In this document: in pieces, positions 1 through 9,228 of the stretch
Layout of the letters: each line of letters opens with the position of its first letter
How positions within the stretch are numbered: the stretch's first letter is position 1
NCBI GenBank assembly: GCA_964470995.1
Contig: CAYYEP010000004.1
Location: 2,846 to 66,845 of the forward strand
Direction: 5' to 3'
Source: an uncultured Candidatus Saccharibacteria bacterium
GTDB lineage: Bacteria; Patescibacteriota; Minisyncoccia; Minisyncoccales; UBA5738
Length of the DNA stretch: 64,000 nucleotides
Made by a program: the position numbers and the translations under genes
The notes under the pieces: generated by a model
Seen by the model: only the letters and a program-made list of their open reading frames with translations
Databases searched by the model: none
What the model was told of the DNA's origin: nothing

Positions 1-998
1 AATCTGAACAGCAAAATAATTTTGAAATACTATTAACATCCGATAAAATTTCTGAGGGCTTCAATCTTAACCGCGCAGGAATGGAGATTAATTACGATAT
101 TCCTTGGAACCCGGTGCGAGTTATTCAGAGATTGGGACGCATTAATCGCATAAGCAAGAAAGTTTTTGCAGACCTTTACATCGTAAATTTTTTCCCAACC
201 GAAAGAGGCGCAGAGTTAGTGAAGTCTCGCGAGATTGCAGCAAATAAAATGTTTCTTATACATACCGCTCTTGGCGAAGATTCAAAGATTTTTGATATTG
301 ACGAAGAACCAACGCCCGCAGGATTATTTAACCGTTTCAAGCAAAATCCAGATGAACAGGAAGGGGAGAGTTTTTACACTAAAGCGCTTAAAGAATTCTT
401 GAAGATAAAAAGAGAGCATCCTGAGATAATTGATAGTCTGAAAAACTATCCTCCAAGGATCAAGGTAGCCAAAAAATACAGAGAAGGCGAGCTATTGGTA
501 TTTTTCAAGAAAGGTCGTCTATACGTAAGCGCCGCCAAAGTTACCAACGATAAGATCGAGCCATATCAAACTACTTTTGAAGATACTTTCGATAAAATTG
601 TTTGTCTTCCAAACGAAGAATCTCTGGATTGGAACAATGAACAATTTTGGCAAGCTTATAGGGCAATCCAAGATTTCAAGGAGTACCGCTTGGGTCCAAT
701 CAGCGAACAAAGTCTTGAGCAGAAAGCGTTAAACAACCTCGATTCCCTTATAAAGAGTCCGCGGGAGGAGCTAATGCCGTTTAAGAGTTTTTTGCGCACA
801 CTTCGCGAAGATATTTTAGACTATGGAACATTAGTAGATTACACCTTGCGCCGTATTGCGGATTTTAGCGAGAATAGCATTAACGATATTCAAAATTTAT
901 TGAATGAACTGGGCGAAAATTATTTGATTACAGAAAAAAAATTACAGAAAGATCAGGAGAGGGAAATTATAATCGCGATTGAAAATCAAAAAATATGA
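1..998 (+). CDS. SNF2-family helicase, C-terminal part (5' end outside window)
   Basis: The frame is open from nt 3. The translation ...ILLTSDKISEGFNLNRAGMEINYDIPWNPVRVIQRLGRINRI shows helicase motifs V-VI with the SNF2-type D-x-P-W-N-P ... Q-R-x-G-R-x-x-R signature. The stop overlaps the next start (ATGA at 995-998). Confidence 0.8.
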   Translation, partial: SEQQNNFEILLTSDKISEGFNLNRAGMEINYDIPWNPVRVIQRLGRINRISKKVFADLYIVNFFPTERGAELVKSREIAANKMFLIHTALGEDSKIFDIDEEPTPAGLFNRFKQNPDEQEGESFYTKALKEFLKIKREHPEIIDSLKNYPPRIKVAKKYREGELLVFFKKGRLYVSAAKVTNDKIEPYQTTFEDTFDKIVCLPNEESLDWNNEQFWQAYRAIQDFKEYRLGPISEQSLEQKALNNLDSLIKSPREELMPFKSFLRTLREDILDYGTLVDYTLRRIADFSENSINDIQNLLNELGENYLITEKKLQKDQEREIIIAIENQKI

Positions 999-3900
999 GC
1001 CAAGCCCGCGAAATTTTGGAGGATATAATAAGAAATTTTTCACCCGAAAAATTTGGACGGTTCTTTCGCGAAAAAAGCCGTCATTTTGTTATCTTAAACG
1101 AAGAATATTCCTTTTGCGATGATATTGATTTTGAAAGCGGAATAAAATTAGGTGAAATTAATTTTCCCGATAGTGATAGTTTAATTATATGTAATTTTGA
1201 GATAAAGAAAGGACTTTCCGAGCGGGCTGGTAAAAAAGTGCAATATGAAAAAGCCAGGAATATTTTAAAACTTGTAGAAAACCAAAAATATGCTGGCGGG
1301 ATTTTCATTTTTCACGACAAAAATGGTAATTTCCGTTTTTCATTGGTATATCGCGAATCGGCGGGAACTCACCGGCAATGGAATAATTTTCGTCGCTTCA
1401 CCTATTTTGTAAGCAAAGACCTCACAAACAAAACTTTCCTACAAAGGATCGGAGAAGGTGATTTGGATTCATTGGATGATATTAAAGACTCTTTTTCGGT
1501 AGATAAAGTTACCAACAAATTTTTTGACGAATTTCGGCAAATATTTGATAAAACAAAACAAGAATTTGAGAAAACAAACAAAAATACCGTTTGCCTATGG
1601 TTAAAAGATAGATATTCGGATGATGATTATAGAGAGCAAATAAACAAATTTACTTTTACATTCTTGGGGCGCATAATTTTTCTTTACTTTTTGCTGCGTA
1701 AGGGCTGGATTGAGAACAAAAAAGATTACATTAGGAAGATAGTAGAAGATAAGAATCAGATAAATTTATATTTTAATATCTTCGAGCCGTTATTTTTTGA
1801 AGTATTCGCCAGGAAAGAGGATGAAAGAAGTCGGGAAATAAGGAGCAGCTATAAAGATACTCCATATCTCAATGGCGGGCTTTTTGAGCGAAGTGAAATA
1901 GAGGGCGCAATGCACAGAGCAGGAATTTCGGTTCTTTTCGAAGATAAATTTATTAGAGAAATAGTCCTCGAATTTTTTGAAGCATATAATTTTACTGTTG
2001 ATGAAAATTCGCCGGATGACCAAGAAGTGTCAATCGATCCGGAGATGCTTGGGAAGGTTTTCGAAAACACACTGGCAGAAGAAGAAAGAGGCAAAAAGGG
2101 TACTTTTTATACGCCAAGAGAGATAGTTCACTTTATGGTGAAAGACTCTTTATGGCAATATTTGAAAAACGAAACTGATATTAAACCAGAGCTATTGCAC
2201 GAGCTTATTTATCATGAAGATTTTGATTTAGATATTTTACCGAAAGATAAAATTCGCCAGATAGATACAATATTAGAAGGTATCAAAATTCTTGATCCAG
2301 CCGTAGGTTCGGCTGCTTTTCCGGTGGAAATGATGCAAGTCTTAGTGAAGATTCGCAAACGTCTTAATGTAAAGGTTGGAAACAATATTAATGAAGTTAC
2401 TCTTAAAAAGAGCTTCATTAAGAACAATTTATACGGCGTAGATATTGATCCTTCAGCAATAGAGATCGCCAAATTACGTTTATGGTTATCCTTGATTGTT
2501 GATTATGAAAAATCCGAGGCTGAACCGTTGCCTAATCTTGATTTTCAATTTCGGGTAGGAAATTCTTTGCAGGAAAAAATTGATGATGTAGATATCTTTG
2601 GGGAAAATAACTCAGGAATACAAGAATTATTCAAGAAAGAGTCTGATTATGAAAGAGTAAAGATTCGAATGATAGATATTAAAGATCAATTTTATACCGA
2701 AGACGAAGCTAAAAAAAGAAAACTTAAGAAAGAATTTGATAATCTTGAAAGGCAGTTAATAGAAAAGGCATTAACAAAGCACCGTCAAAGCTTAGACGCA
2801 CAATTAAAGAATTCGCATTTCGCAAAGATAGCAAAGGAAGTAGAAAAAACTATTGCCAAGATAAATCAATTAGAGCAAAAAATTAAGGACGGTACTTATA
2901 AGTTATTTAAACCCGACTTTCACTTCTCTGAAGTTTTTGATCGTAAAGACCAAAATAATAAGAAAATTGACGGCTTTGATATTGTTATTGGCAATCCTCC
3001 ATACGGAGTAAAGATCGAAGAAGATATTAAAGAATGGCATAGGCTTGGGAGCAAAGATAGTTACGGTGTATTTATTTCCACTGCCTTAAAAAGATTTTTA
3101 AGGCCCGGAGGTGTTTTGTCGTATATCGTTTCAGACACTTGGCTAACAATAAAAACGCACAAGCCTTTAAGAGAGCAAGTTTTGTCGAAACAACTACATA
3201 AAGTAATTCGTGTGCATCAAGATTGTTTTGAAGCAACGGTAAATGCTTGCATAGTTAGCTTAACAAATAAGCTTAATGATAATGGAAAATTATTAGGGGC
3301 AGACTTAACAAATATTTCAACCCGAAAGGAAGTTGAAGAAATGAGGAGTAAATTATATCATCTATCTGATTTTATTAATCAATCAACTCCCAAATTTGCG
3401 GTATATGAGTATGACCAAGATTTAATCAAAATAAATTCTAATATTCCTATCTTTATAGGAAGTCCGAAATTATTTTTGTTAATGAATGATACAACCTGTA
3501 AAATAAAAGAAAGGGAGGTTTGTGGTAAAAAAATAAAGGTAAGATGTATCAATTTCAATAATAAAATTATCGAGCTGGTTAGATTCGGCGACATATCAGA
3601 TGTAAGAGTGGGGTTGCAAACAGGGAAAAATAAGGCTTATCTCTTTCAAAATCAAAATACACGCGGTAGTTACCGCGACATTAATCATTTTAAAGAATTT
3701 CTTATAACAAGTGCCGATCTAAATAAAATCGTAAACAATGATGGATTGCGTTTAAAAATTATCTCGAAGGGATTTCATAAATCGATAAATGATAAAAGTT
3801 TCGATAGCGATCTATGGTTCAGTGGAAAATACATTATACCTTACGATAAGGGCGGAGAAAGCGACACTGAAACTGGCTGGCTACCAAATTATTATGTACC

Positions 3901-4426
3901 AACGGACTTTTTCATTGATTGGAGTTGTGAAGCAGTAAAAAATCTTTCAACAAACGAAAATGCTAGATTTCAAAATACTGATTATTATTTTAAAGATGGG
4001 CTTACCCTATCCTATACAGGTCAATATGCTCCAAACTTAAGATTAAATTCAACGAGTGTTTTTGATGTCGGTGGTTCCTGTATCTTCCCTGATATTGTCG
4101 ACAAGTACCAAATCCTCGGGAATTTTGTTTGTAAAATAACAAAATATTTTGGCAAAAATTGGATAGATCATTCGGTTAACTTTCAGATAGATGAAAATAA
4201 AGAGTTACCGATGTTAATTAGTGAGAATAAGGAAATTATCAATATTGTTCTTAAGATTATTAATGCTCAAAGGAAAAACTGCCGTTATGACTACATGTCC
4301 AACGAACAAAAAGAGATTGATAAATTAGTTTACAAAATGTACGGGCTGAATGCCGATGATATTAAGGAAGTCGAAACTTGGTATGCAAGACGTTATCCAA
4401 AGTTAGCAAGATTCTGCAATATTTAA
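995..4426 (+). CDS. Fused restriction-modification-type enzyme: N-terminal PD-(D/E)xK-like motif + gamma-class N6-adenine DNA methyltransferase (Eco57I/MmeI/PglX-like) + large C-terminal target-recognition region
   Basis: 1143 aa. It carries P58-D59-x9-E69-I-K71 (INFPDSDSLIICNFEIKK, nt 1166-1207), SAM motif I ILDPAVGSAAFP, FQFRVGNSL and catalytic motif IV DIVIGNPPYG. A C-terminal region of about 450 aa follows, as in type IIG/IIL enzymes. Confidence 0.8.
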   Translation: MSQAREILEDIIRNFSPEKFGRFFREKSRHFVILNEEYSFCDDIDFESGIKLGEINFPDSDSLIICNFEIKKGLSERAGKKVQYEKARNILKLVENQKYAGGIFIFHDKNGNFRFSLVYRESAGTHRQWNNFRRFTYFVSKDLTNKTFLQRIGEGDLDSLDDIKDSFSVDKVTNKFFDEFRQIFDKTKQEFEKTNKNTVCLWLKDRYSDDDYREQINKFTFTFLGRIIFLYFLLRKGWIENKKDYIRKIVEDKNQINLYFNIFEPLFFEVFARKEDERSREIRSSYKDTPYLNGGLFERSEIEGAMHRAGISVLFEDKFIREIVLEFFEAYNFTVDENSPDDQEVSIDPEMLGKVFENTLAEEERGKKGTFYTPREIVHFMVKDSLWQYLKNETDIKPELLHELIYHEDFDLDILPKDKIRQIDTILEGIKILDPAVGSAAFPVEMMQVLVKIRKRLNVKVGNNINEVTLKKSFIKNNLYGVDIDPSAIEIAKLRLWLSLIVDYEKSEAEPLPNLDFQFRVGNSLQEKIDDVDIFGENNSGIQELFKKESDYERVKIRMIDIKDQFYTEDEAKKRKLKKEFDNLERQLIEKALTKHRQSLDAQLKNSHFAKIAKEVEKTIAKINQLEQKIKDGTYKLFKPDFHFSEVFDRKDQNNKKIDGFDIVIGNPPYGVKIEEDIKEWHRLGSKDSYGVFISTALKRFLRPGGVLSYIVSDTWLTIKTHKPLREQVLSKQLHKVIRVHQDCFEATVNACIVSLTNKLNDNGKLLGADLTNISTRKEVEEMRSKLYHLSDFINQSTPKFAVYEYDQDLIKINSNIPIFIGSPKLFLLMNDTTCKIKEREVCGKKIKVRCINFNNKIIELVRFGDISDVRVGLQTGKNKAYLFQNQNTRGSYRDINHFKEFLITSADLNKIVNNDGLRLKIISKGFHKSINDKSFDSDLWFSGKYIIPYDKGGESDTETGWLPNYYVPTDFFIDWSCEAVKNLSTNENARFQNTDYYFKDGLTLSYTGQYAPNLRLNSTSVFDVGGSCIFPDIVDKYQILGNFVCKITKYFGKNWIDHSVNFQIDENKELPMLISENKEIINIVLKIINAQRKNCRYDYMSNEQKEIDKLVYKMYGLNADDIKEVETWYARRYPKLARFCNI

Positions 4427-4473
4427 ACGCGTTCTTATCCGAAGGATAAAAGATAACAAGAACAATTACGGAT

Positions 4474-6300
4474 ATGTATATAAAGGAGCTTTATATTAAG
4501 AATTTTCGTGGTGTAGAGGAATTGAATTTTGAATTTAAACCAGGAGTGAATGTATTGATCGGCAAGAATAATTCTTCAAAAACTGCACTCATTGATGCTA
4601 TTCGTCTTTGCCTTTCAGGAAAGAATCCAGACGGAAAGCGAGATATATGGTTTGATAAGGATAAGGATTTGAGAATTAATTTATTAAGCAAACCACCAAA
4701 AAGGGAAGAAGAATCTTTTTTTAAATTTATTTTAGGCTTTAATGCTTCCGAATTAAATGTCGCGGATAAGGAAGCATTAAGGGAGGCATCAAAAAAAGGC
4801 GAAGGCCAAAATCTTTTTGACGATTTAAAGATTAAATATACTGCTCCATATTTTCACCTAGCAAGTTTGAAAGACGGAGAAATAATATTTACAATTAATG
4901 TTCGTTATTACATCGAAAAAAGCACAGTTGATGGGCAAGAAAGAATAAAGAGTGAATTTTGGGTAGGCGATGATAAGCAACGATTGATTCCCCAGGAGAT
5001 GTGGGAATATTTTTATGTGGTCTATTTGCAGCCGTTAAGAGATGCTGTTGCTGCTTTGCAACCTCCTTATAGTAAATTAGGAGAACATTTTGAGTTTATT
5101 TCAGGAACAAAAAGTGAAAGGGATGAATTGGCCGAAAAAATTCATAAAAAAATGGATGAAGCTGATGGATGGAAAGCACTTAGACTAAAAGGGATGAAGA
5201 ATATAAACGAAGTTCATTTCCAGAACCTATTGGATGCTGACAACCAAGATCAAATAGACATCGGCTTTTTGCCATTTGATTTTCGTAGGATCGCGAATCA
5301 ACTTAGGATTAGATTGCCGTATGGCGAAAGCGCGACCAGGAAAGATAATGATTTCTTTGAATTAGATCAAAATGGACTGGGATACAATAATCTAATATTC
5401 GCTTCAACCGTACTGGCAAATATTGAAGAAAAGAAAAATGATAATATAAGTTCATTTCTACTCATCGAAGAACCCGAAGCTCATCTACATCCACAACTTC
5501 AAAATCAATTTTTCCAATACCTTAATGATTTAAGTAGCAGGGGTTATCAAATTTTTTTGACATCTCATTCTCCAACGATAACAGCAAAGGCCAATATAAA
5601 TAGAATTATAGTGTTGCAAGGCTTAAACCGTCAGGTATCCGTATGTCATATATCAAAGCTTAAACTTGAGGAAAGTGCAAAATTTTTGCATAAGTTTCTT
5701 GATGTTACTAAGTCTCAACTATTTTTTGCGAATGGCGTTATCTTCGTTGAAGGATATTCTGAAGCAATCTGCCTAGAGATATTTGCGAAGAGGCTAGGTT
5801 TTGATTTAGTTAGAGCAGGAATTGAGATCGTTAATATTCGCGGTGTTTCGTTTAGACATTTTCTTAAACTTTTTAACTGCGACAATGGATTGAAAAATCG
5901 TTTCGCAGTCATTACCGATAGAGATACAGACAAAGGAAAAAGTAAAGATCGGATTGAAAAATTGGAACGGATGATAAAGGATAATTCAAATGGAATAATA
6001 GCCGTATCTGGTCAAACTAATTTTGAAGCAGAGCTTTATACCTCGGAAAATAGAACTGCTATCGATGGGATTTGGCAAAATATAAGGCCAGAAGCTGGAG
6101 GCAAAGACATTGAATATTTTAAAGATGATCCCCAAAAGTTTGCAGAGAAAGTTAACGACCTCGATTTGAAAACTGAATTGGCGTTTAATTTATCAGAAAC
6201 ACTTCAAGATCATAGAAATAGTTTCGTAACTCCGAAATACATCGAAGAAGCAATACGTTTTGTGATAACAGGAAATAAAGATGAGCCTAAGACGGCCTAG
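4474..6300 (+). CDS. gajA: OLD-family ABC-type ATPase + Toprim nuclease (Gabija GajA-like, class 2 OLD)
   Basis: 608 aa. Walker A is GKNNSSKT. Walker B and H-loop are LLIEEPEAHLHPQLQ ... FLTSHSP. The Toprim glutamate context is GVIFVEGYSEAI and the DxD is AVITDRDTD. A UvrD-type helicase gene follows immediately. Confidence 0.8.
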   Translation: MYIKELYIKNFRGVEELNFEFKPGVNVLIGKNNSSKTALIDAIRLCLSGKNPDGKRDIWFDKDKDLRINLLSKPPKREEESFFKFILGFNASELNVADKEALREASKKGEGQNLFDDLKIKYTAPYFHLASLKDGEIIFTINVRYYIEKSTVDGQERIKSEFWVGDDKQRLIPQEMWEYFYVVYLQPLRDAVAALQPPYSKLGEHFEFISGTKSERDELAEKIHKKMDEADGWKALRLKGMKNINEVHFQNLLDADNQDQIDIGFLPFDFRRIANQLRIRLPYGESATRKDNDFFELDQNGLGYNNLIFASTVLANIEEKKNDNISSFLLIEEPEAHLHPQLQNQFFQYLNDLSSRGYQIFLTSHSPTITAKANINRIIVLQGLNRQVSVCHISKLKLEESAKFLHKFLDVTKSQLFFANGVIFVEGYSEAICLEIFAKRLGFDLVRAGIEIVNIRGVSFRHFLKLFNCDNGLKNRFAVITDRDTDKGKSKDRIEKLERMIKDNSNGIIAVSGQTNFEAELYTSENRTAIDGIWQNIRPEAGGKDIEYFKDDPQKFAEKVNDLDLKTELAFNLSETLQDHRNSFVTPKYIEEAIRFVITGNKDEPKTA

Positions 6301-8044
6301 CGAAAAACAACAACATATAATTGATAGTATTCGCTCTAATAAAGGGAAATTTATTATTAGAGCTTGTCCTGGAAGCGGAAAAACATTTACCGTTGCCAGC
6401 CTTTTTTGTGGTGAACTTAGAGAATGGAATAACCGCGGCGAGGGGATTGCAGTGGTCTCTTTTACGAATGTTGCACATCAAGAGATTCATCAAAAAATTG
6501 AAGAAATAATGGGGAGCCGTCTTTCTTTAGGGTATCCTCATTTCATAGGGACAATTGATTCTTTTTTAAATCAAAATATTTTTTTACCATTTGGTTGCGA
6601 ATCAATGGAGTATACTTCCAGACCAAAACTCGTTGGAAGACCACATGGCGAATGGCATTATCTACCAGGGATTAAATGGTCAAGTTATTTTGAATATATT
6701 AACTATAAAATTGATGGATCGTTTGAGAGTATAGATTGCAGAATGGCCGGTATCGATAGTGCCGTTGAAAAGAAGAATAGAGCAGATATCATTAATGCGA
6801 AAAAATTAGTAAATAAATCTGGATTTGCCACCCAGAGCGATGCGAACTATTTTTCCTATAGAACATTAGCTAATAATCCAAAACTCTCTAAGTTAATCGC
6901 GACGAGATATCCTTACCTTTTAATTGATGAAGCCCAAGATTCGACCGAAATACAAATGGCTATAATCGATATATTAATAGCGAATGGATTGAAAAAAATA
7001 GTGCTTGTTGGCGATCCGGATCAAGCAATATTTGAATGGAATAATGCAAAACCAAAGTTGTTTGAGGATAAATTTAAAAATGACGGGTGGAAAAACTTTA
7101 AGTTAGATGAAAGCTACAGAAGCTCGGCTAATATTTGCAAATTTGCTTCAAAATTTAGAGGTGGTGAAGGATTCAGTCCTTCGGATTTGTGTGATTCTAA
7201 AGATTGTTCATTTATGCCTTGCTTTAAATCTTATGAGGATAGCAAAGATATCCAAAGCATAAAGAATGAATTTAAAGATATTTGTTTGAGAGAAAAGATT
7301 GATTTTGCATCGAAAGCGACGGCAATTTTATATAAAGCTTCAACTGATTTACCGGTATTAAATAACTGCGAAGATAAAGATAGCGGAAAGGTGAATAAGA
7401 AAAAAAAGTACATTGACTGGGGAAAATGTAAATTGCCTTATACACAAGATTTATGTAAAGCGAAATATTTATTTGATTACGGCAATTTTGAACAATCTGG
7501 AAAATTATTTATTGATGTTGTCTCCAAAAAGAAGTACAAAAAGGCAACTTTAAATGCGGAACAAATAAATCAAATCATTTTAGGCTATGGGGGTAAAATG
7601 AATCTCTTTATAAAAGGCATTAACGTATTAAATGAATTATCTCCAATTAGCAATAAGAAAATTTCAGACTGGATCAAAGAAAACGGTAGTTATTTCCCAG
7701 GAGAAGACTTAAATTTGTTTGGAGATAACGTTTTTGATGACATTTTTTCTTATGGCAAACCTCAAACAATAGACGAAAAATTACCTTTGTATTCAACGAT
7801 ACACGGAGTGAAGGGAAGAACTTTTGATGCGGTTTTAGTATATTTAAAAAGTAAAGTAAAAGACGGAAAAAATTTCATTACTTATTTGAAAGATGGCTAT
7901 TTGTTATCCGACGAGAAAATGGAAGCCATGCGGATTGTTTACGTTGCAATTACCAGGCCTCGTAAAATACTAATGCTTGCTGTTCCCAAAAAAGATATAG
8001 ATTTCTGGAAAAATTATTTTAAAAGCACAATACCGTCAGAATGA
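6281..8044 (+). CDS. gajB: UvrD/PcrA/Rep-type superfamily 1 helicase (Gabija GajB-like)
   Basis: 587 aa. Motifs seen: ACPGSGKTFT (Walker A), LLIDEAQDS (motif II), VGDPDQAIFEW (III), SYRS (IV), TIHGVKGRTFDAV (V), VYVAITRPRKIL (VI). It overlaps gajA-like by 20 nt. Confidence 0.8.
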   Translation: MSLRRPSEKQQHIIDSIRSNKGKFIIRACPGSGKTFTVASLFCGELREWNNRGEGIAVVSFTNVAHQEIHQKIEEIMGSRLSLGYPHFIGTIDSFLNQNIFLPFGCESMEYTSRPKLVGRPHGEWHYLPGIKWSSYFEYINYKIDGSFESIDCRMAGIDSAVEKKNRADIINAKKLVNKSGFATQSDANYFSYRTLANNPKLSKLIATRYPYLLIDEAQDSTEIQMAIIDILIANGLKKIVLVGDPDQAIFEWNNAKPKLFEDKFKNDGWKNFKLDESYRSSANICKFASKFRGGEGFSPSDLCDSKDCSFMPCFKSYEDSKDIQSIKNEFKDICLREKIDFASKATAILYKASTDLPVLNNCEDKDSGKVNKKKKYIDWGKCKLPYTQDLCKAKYLFDYGNFEQSGKLFIDVVSKKKYKKATLNAEQINQIILGYGGKMNLFIKGINVLNELSPISNKKISDWIKENGSYFPGEDLNLFGDNVFDDIFSYGKPQTIDEKLPLYSTIHGVKGRTFDAVLVYLKSKVKDGKNFITYLKDGYLLSDEKMEAMRIVYVAITRPRKILMLAVPKKDIDFWKNYFKSTIPSE

Positions 8045-8322
8045 ATTACTTAGTTTCCAATTTATTAAGAATTCATACACCGCACCATTCACAGGTTCAA
8101 TGGCTCATCAGGAATTATTTTTTACAGATTGGATATGATTCGCGGACAGAAAAACAGGTTTGGCCGGGGCGTAAATCGCGGATAGACGTGTGGGCTCAAA
8201 GGGGTAGTTATTCTATAGGGGTGGAAGTTGATGACTGCACGATTCGCATTAATTCAATTGAAAAGTTAAACGCACTCAAACCGTCTCTGGCGGTTTTTGG
8301 TTGTGTCTATTCTCTTTGTTGA
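8041..8322 (+). CDS. Small hypothetical protein coupled to GajB-like gene; weak restriction-endonuclease-fold-like core
   Basis: 93 aa. Its ATG overlaps the helicase stop (ATGA at 8041-8044). The segment RIDVWAQRGSYSIGVEVDD resembles the D...(D/E)xK strand pair of PD-(D/E)xK or YraN-like proteins, but the Lys position is Asp. Confidence 0.45.
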   Translation: MNYLVSNLLRIHTPHHSQVQWLIRNYFLQIGYDSRTEKQVWPGRKSRIDVWAQRGSYSIGVEVDDCTIRINSIEKLNALKPSLAVFGCVYSLC

Positions 8323-8362
8323 CAAAATATCGTTTATGGCTTAATAGAACTATGGTGGTTAT

Positions 8363-8560
8363 ATGAAAACTGTTACGCCGACAAAGCAGTCATTATATGA
8401 GATGTTAATGAGATCAGCGGTCTTTATTGGAGACCTGCAAACCGCTCTTGTTGTGGCTGGCGAACTCGAAAGAGACATCAGTGAAAAAGAATTAGAAACA
8501 CTCATAACGGGATATAACGCGAAGCATAGCATCCCAAATCGAATACAAAATAATTTATGA
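8363..8560 (+). CDS. Hypothetical protein
   Basis: A 65-aa ORF with no recognisable motif, followed by a terminator hairpin. Confidence 0.3.
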   Translation: MKTVTPTKQSLYEMLMRSAVFIGDLQTALVVAGELERDISEKELETLITGYNAKHSIPNRIQNNL

Positions 8561-8593
8561 GCGTTATATCCTTTCCCTTTTTTAGATTCAATT

Positions 8594-8620
8594 CCGCATT
8601 AAAATGCGGTTTTTATTTTT
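8594..8620 (+). terminator. Rho-independent terminator
   Basis: Stem ccgcatt/aatgcgg with an aaa loop, followed by the run tttttattttt. Confidence 0.6.
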
Positions 8621-8822
8621 TGACAATTGGAGATAATAAATAAAAATGGTGTCAATTCTGGTTTTTGAAGGTTCCGCGAGGAATGGTTGTGCTAAAATCG
8701 AAGAAAATTTGGCGGTTCGTTAAAGGCGGGAGGAGTTGGGGGGGTTGTTTGCCGCGCGAAACGGGGGTAAGGCGGTAATTTTTATTATTTTTTGCAAAGC
8801 CGGCGAGCTTCGTTTTTTTAAT

Positions 8823-8850
8823 TTGACAAACATTTTAAACGGGATAAAAT
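8823..8850 (+). promoter_or_regulatory. Sigma-70-type promoter of the ArsR operon
   Basis: TTGACA (8823-8828), a 16-nt spacer, then TAAAAT (8845-8850), 19 nt upstream of the arsR-family ATG. Confidence 0.5.
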
Positions 8851-8868
8851 ATCAATGGGGATTGATAT
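8849..8868. promoter_or_regulatory. Candidate ArsR/SmtB operator (perfect 8-4-8 inverted repeat)
   Basis: atatcaat-gggg-attgatat lies between the -10 element and the start codon at 8869. Confidence 0.45.
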
Positions 8869-9171
8869 ATGAAACCGGAATATAGCAAAAAAAACTATCG
8901 TGAGGAAGAATTCGCGCAAACCGCGGCGATTTTGAAACTATTGGCCCAAGAAAACCGGCTTAAAATACTTTGCATTTTGCAAGGCGGCGAACATTGCGCC
9001 TGCCGGATCATCAAACATCTTGGATTGCCGCAAAATTTGGTTTCGCACCATTTGAACAAATTGAGGAAGGCGGGAATGATCGCGGGCCGCAAGGACGGGG
9101 TTTGGATCCATTATTCGCTAACCGAAAAAGGGAAAAAAATAACGGAAAATATTTTTAAAATAATCAAATGA
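8869..9171 (+). CDS. ArsR/SmtB-family metalloregulatory transcriptional repressor
   Basis: 100 aa. Winged-HTH signature LKILCILQGGEHCACRIIKHLGLPQNLVSHHLNKLRKAGMI, including a C-x-C in the metal-site position. Confidence 0.85.
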   Translation: MKPEYSKKNYREEEFAQTAAILKLLAQENRLKILCILQGGEHCACRIIKHLGLPQNLVSHHLNKLRKAGMIAGRKDGVWIHYSLTEKGKKITENIFKIIK

Positions 9172-9228
9172 AATATTCCAGCATTCTTGAGAATGTTGGA
9201 ATGTTGTTAATTGCTAATAATCAAAAAA

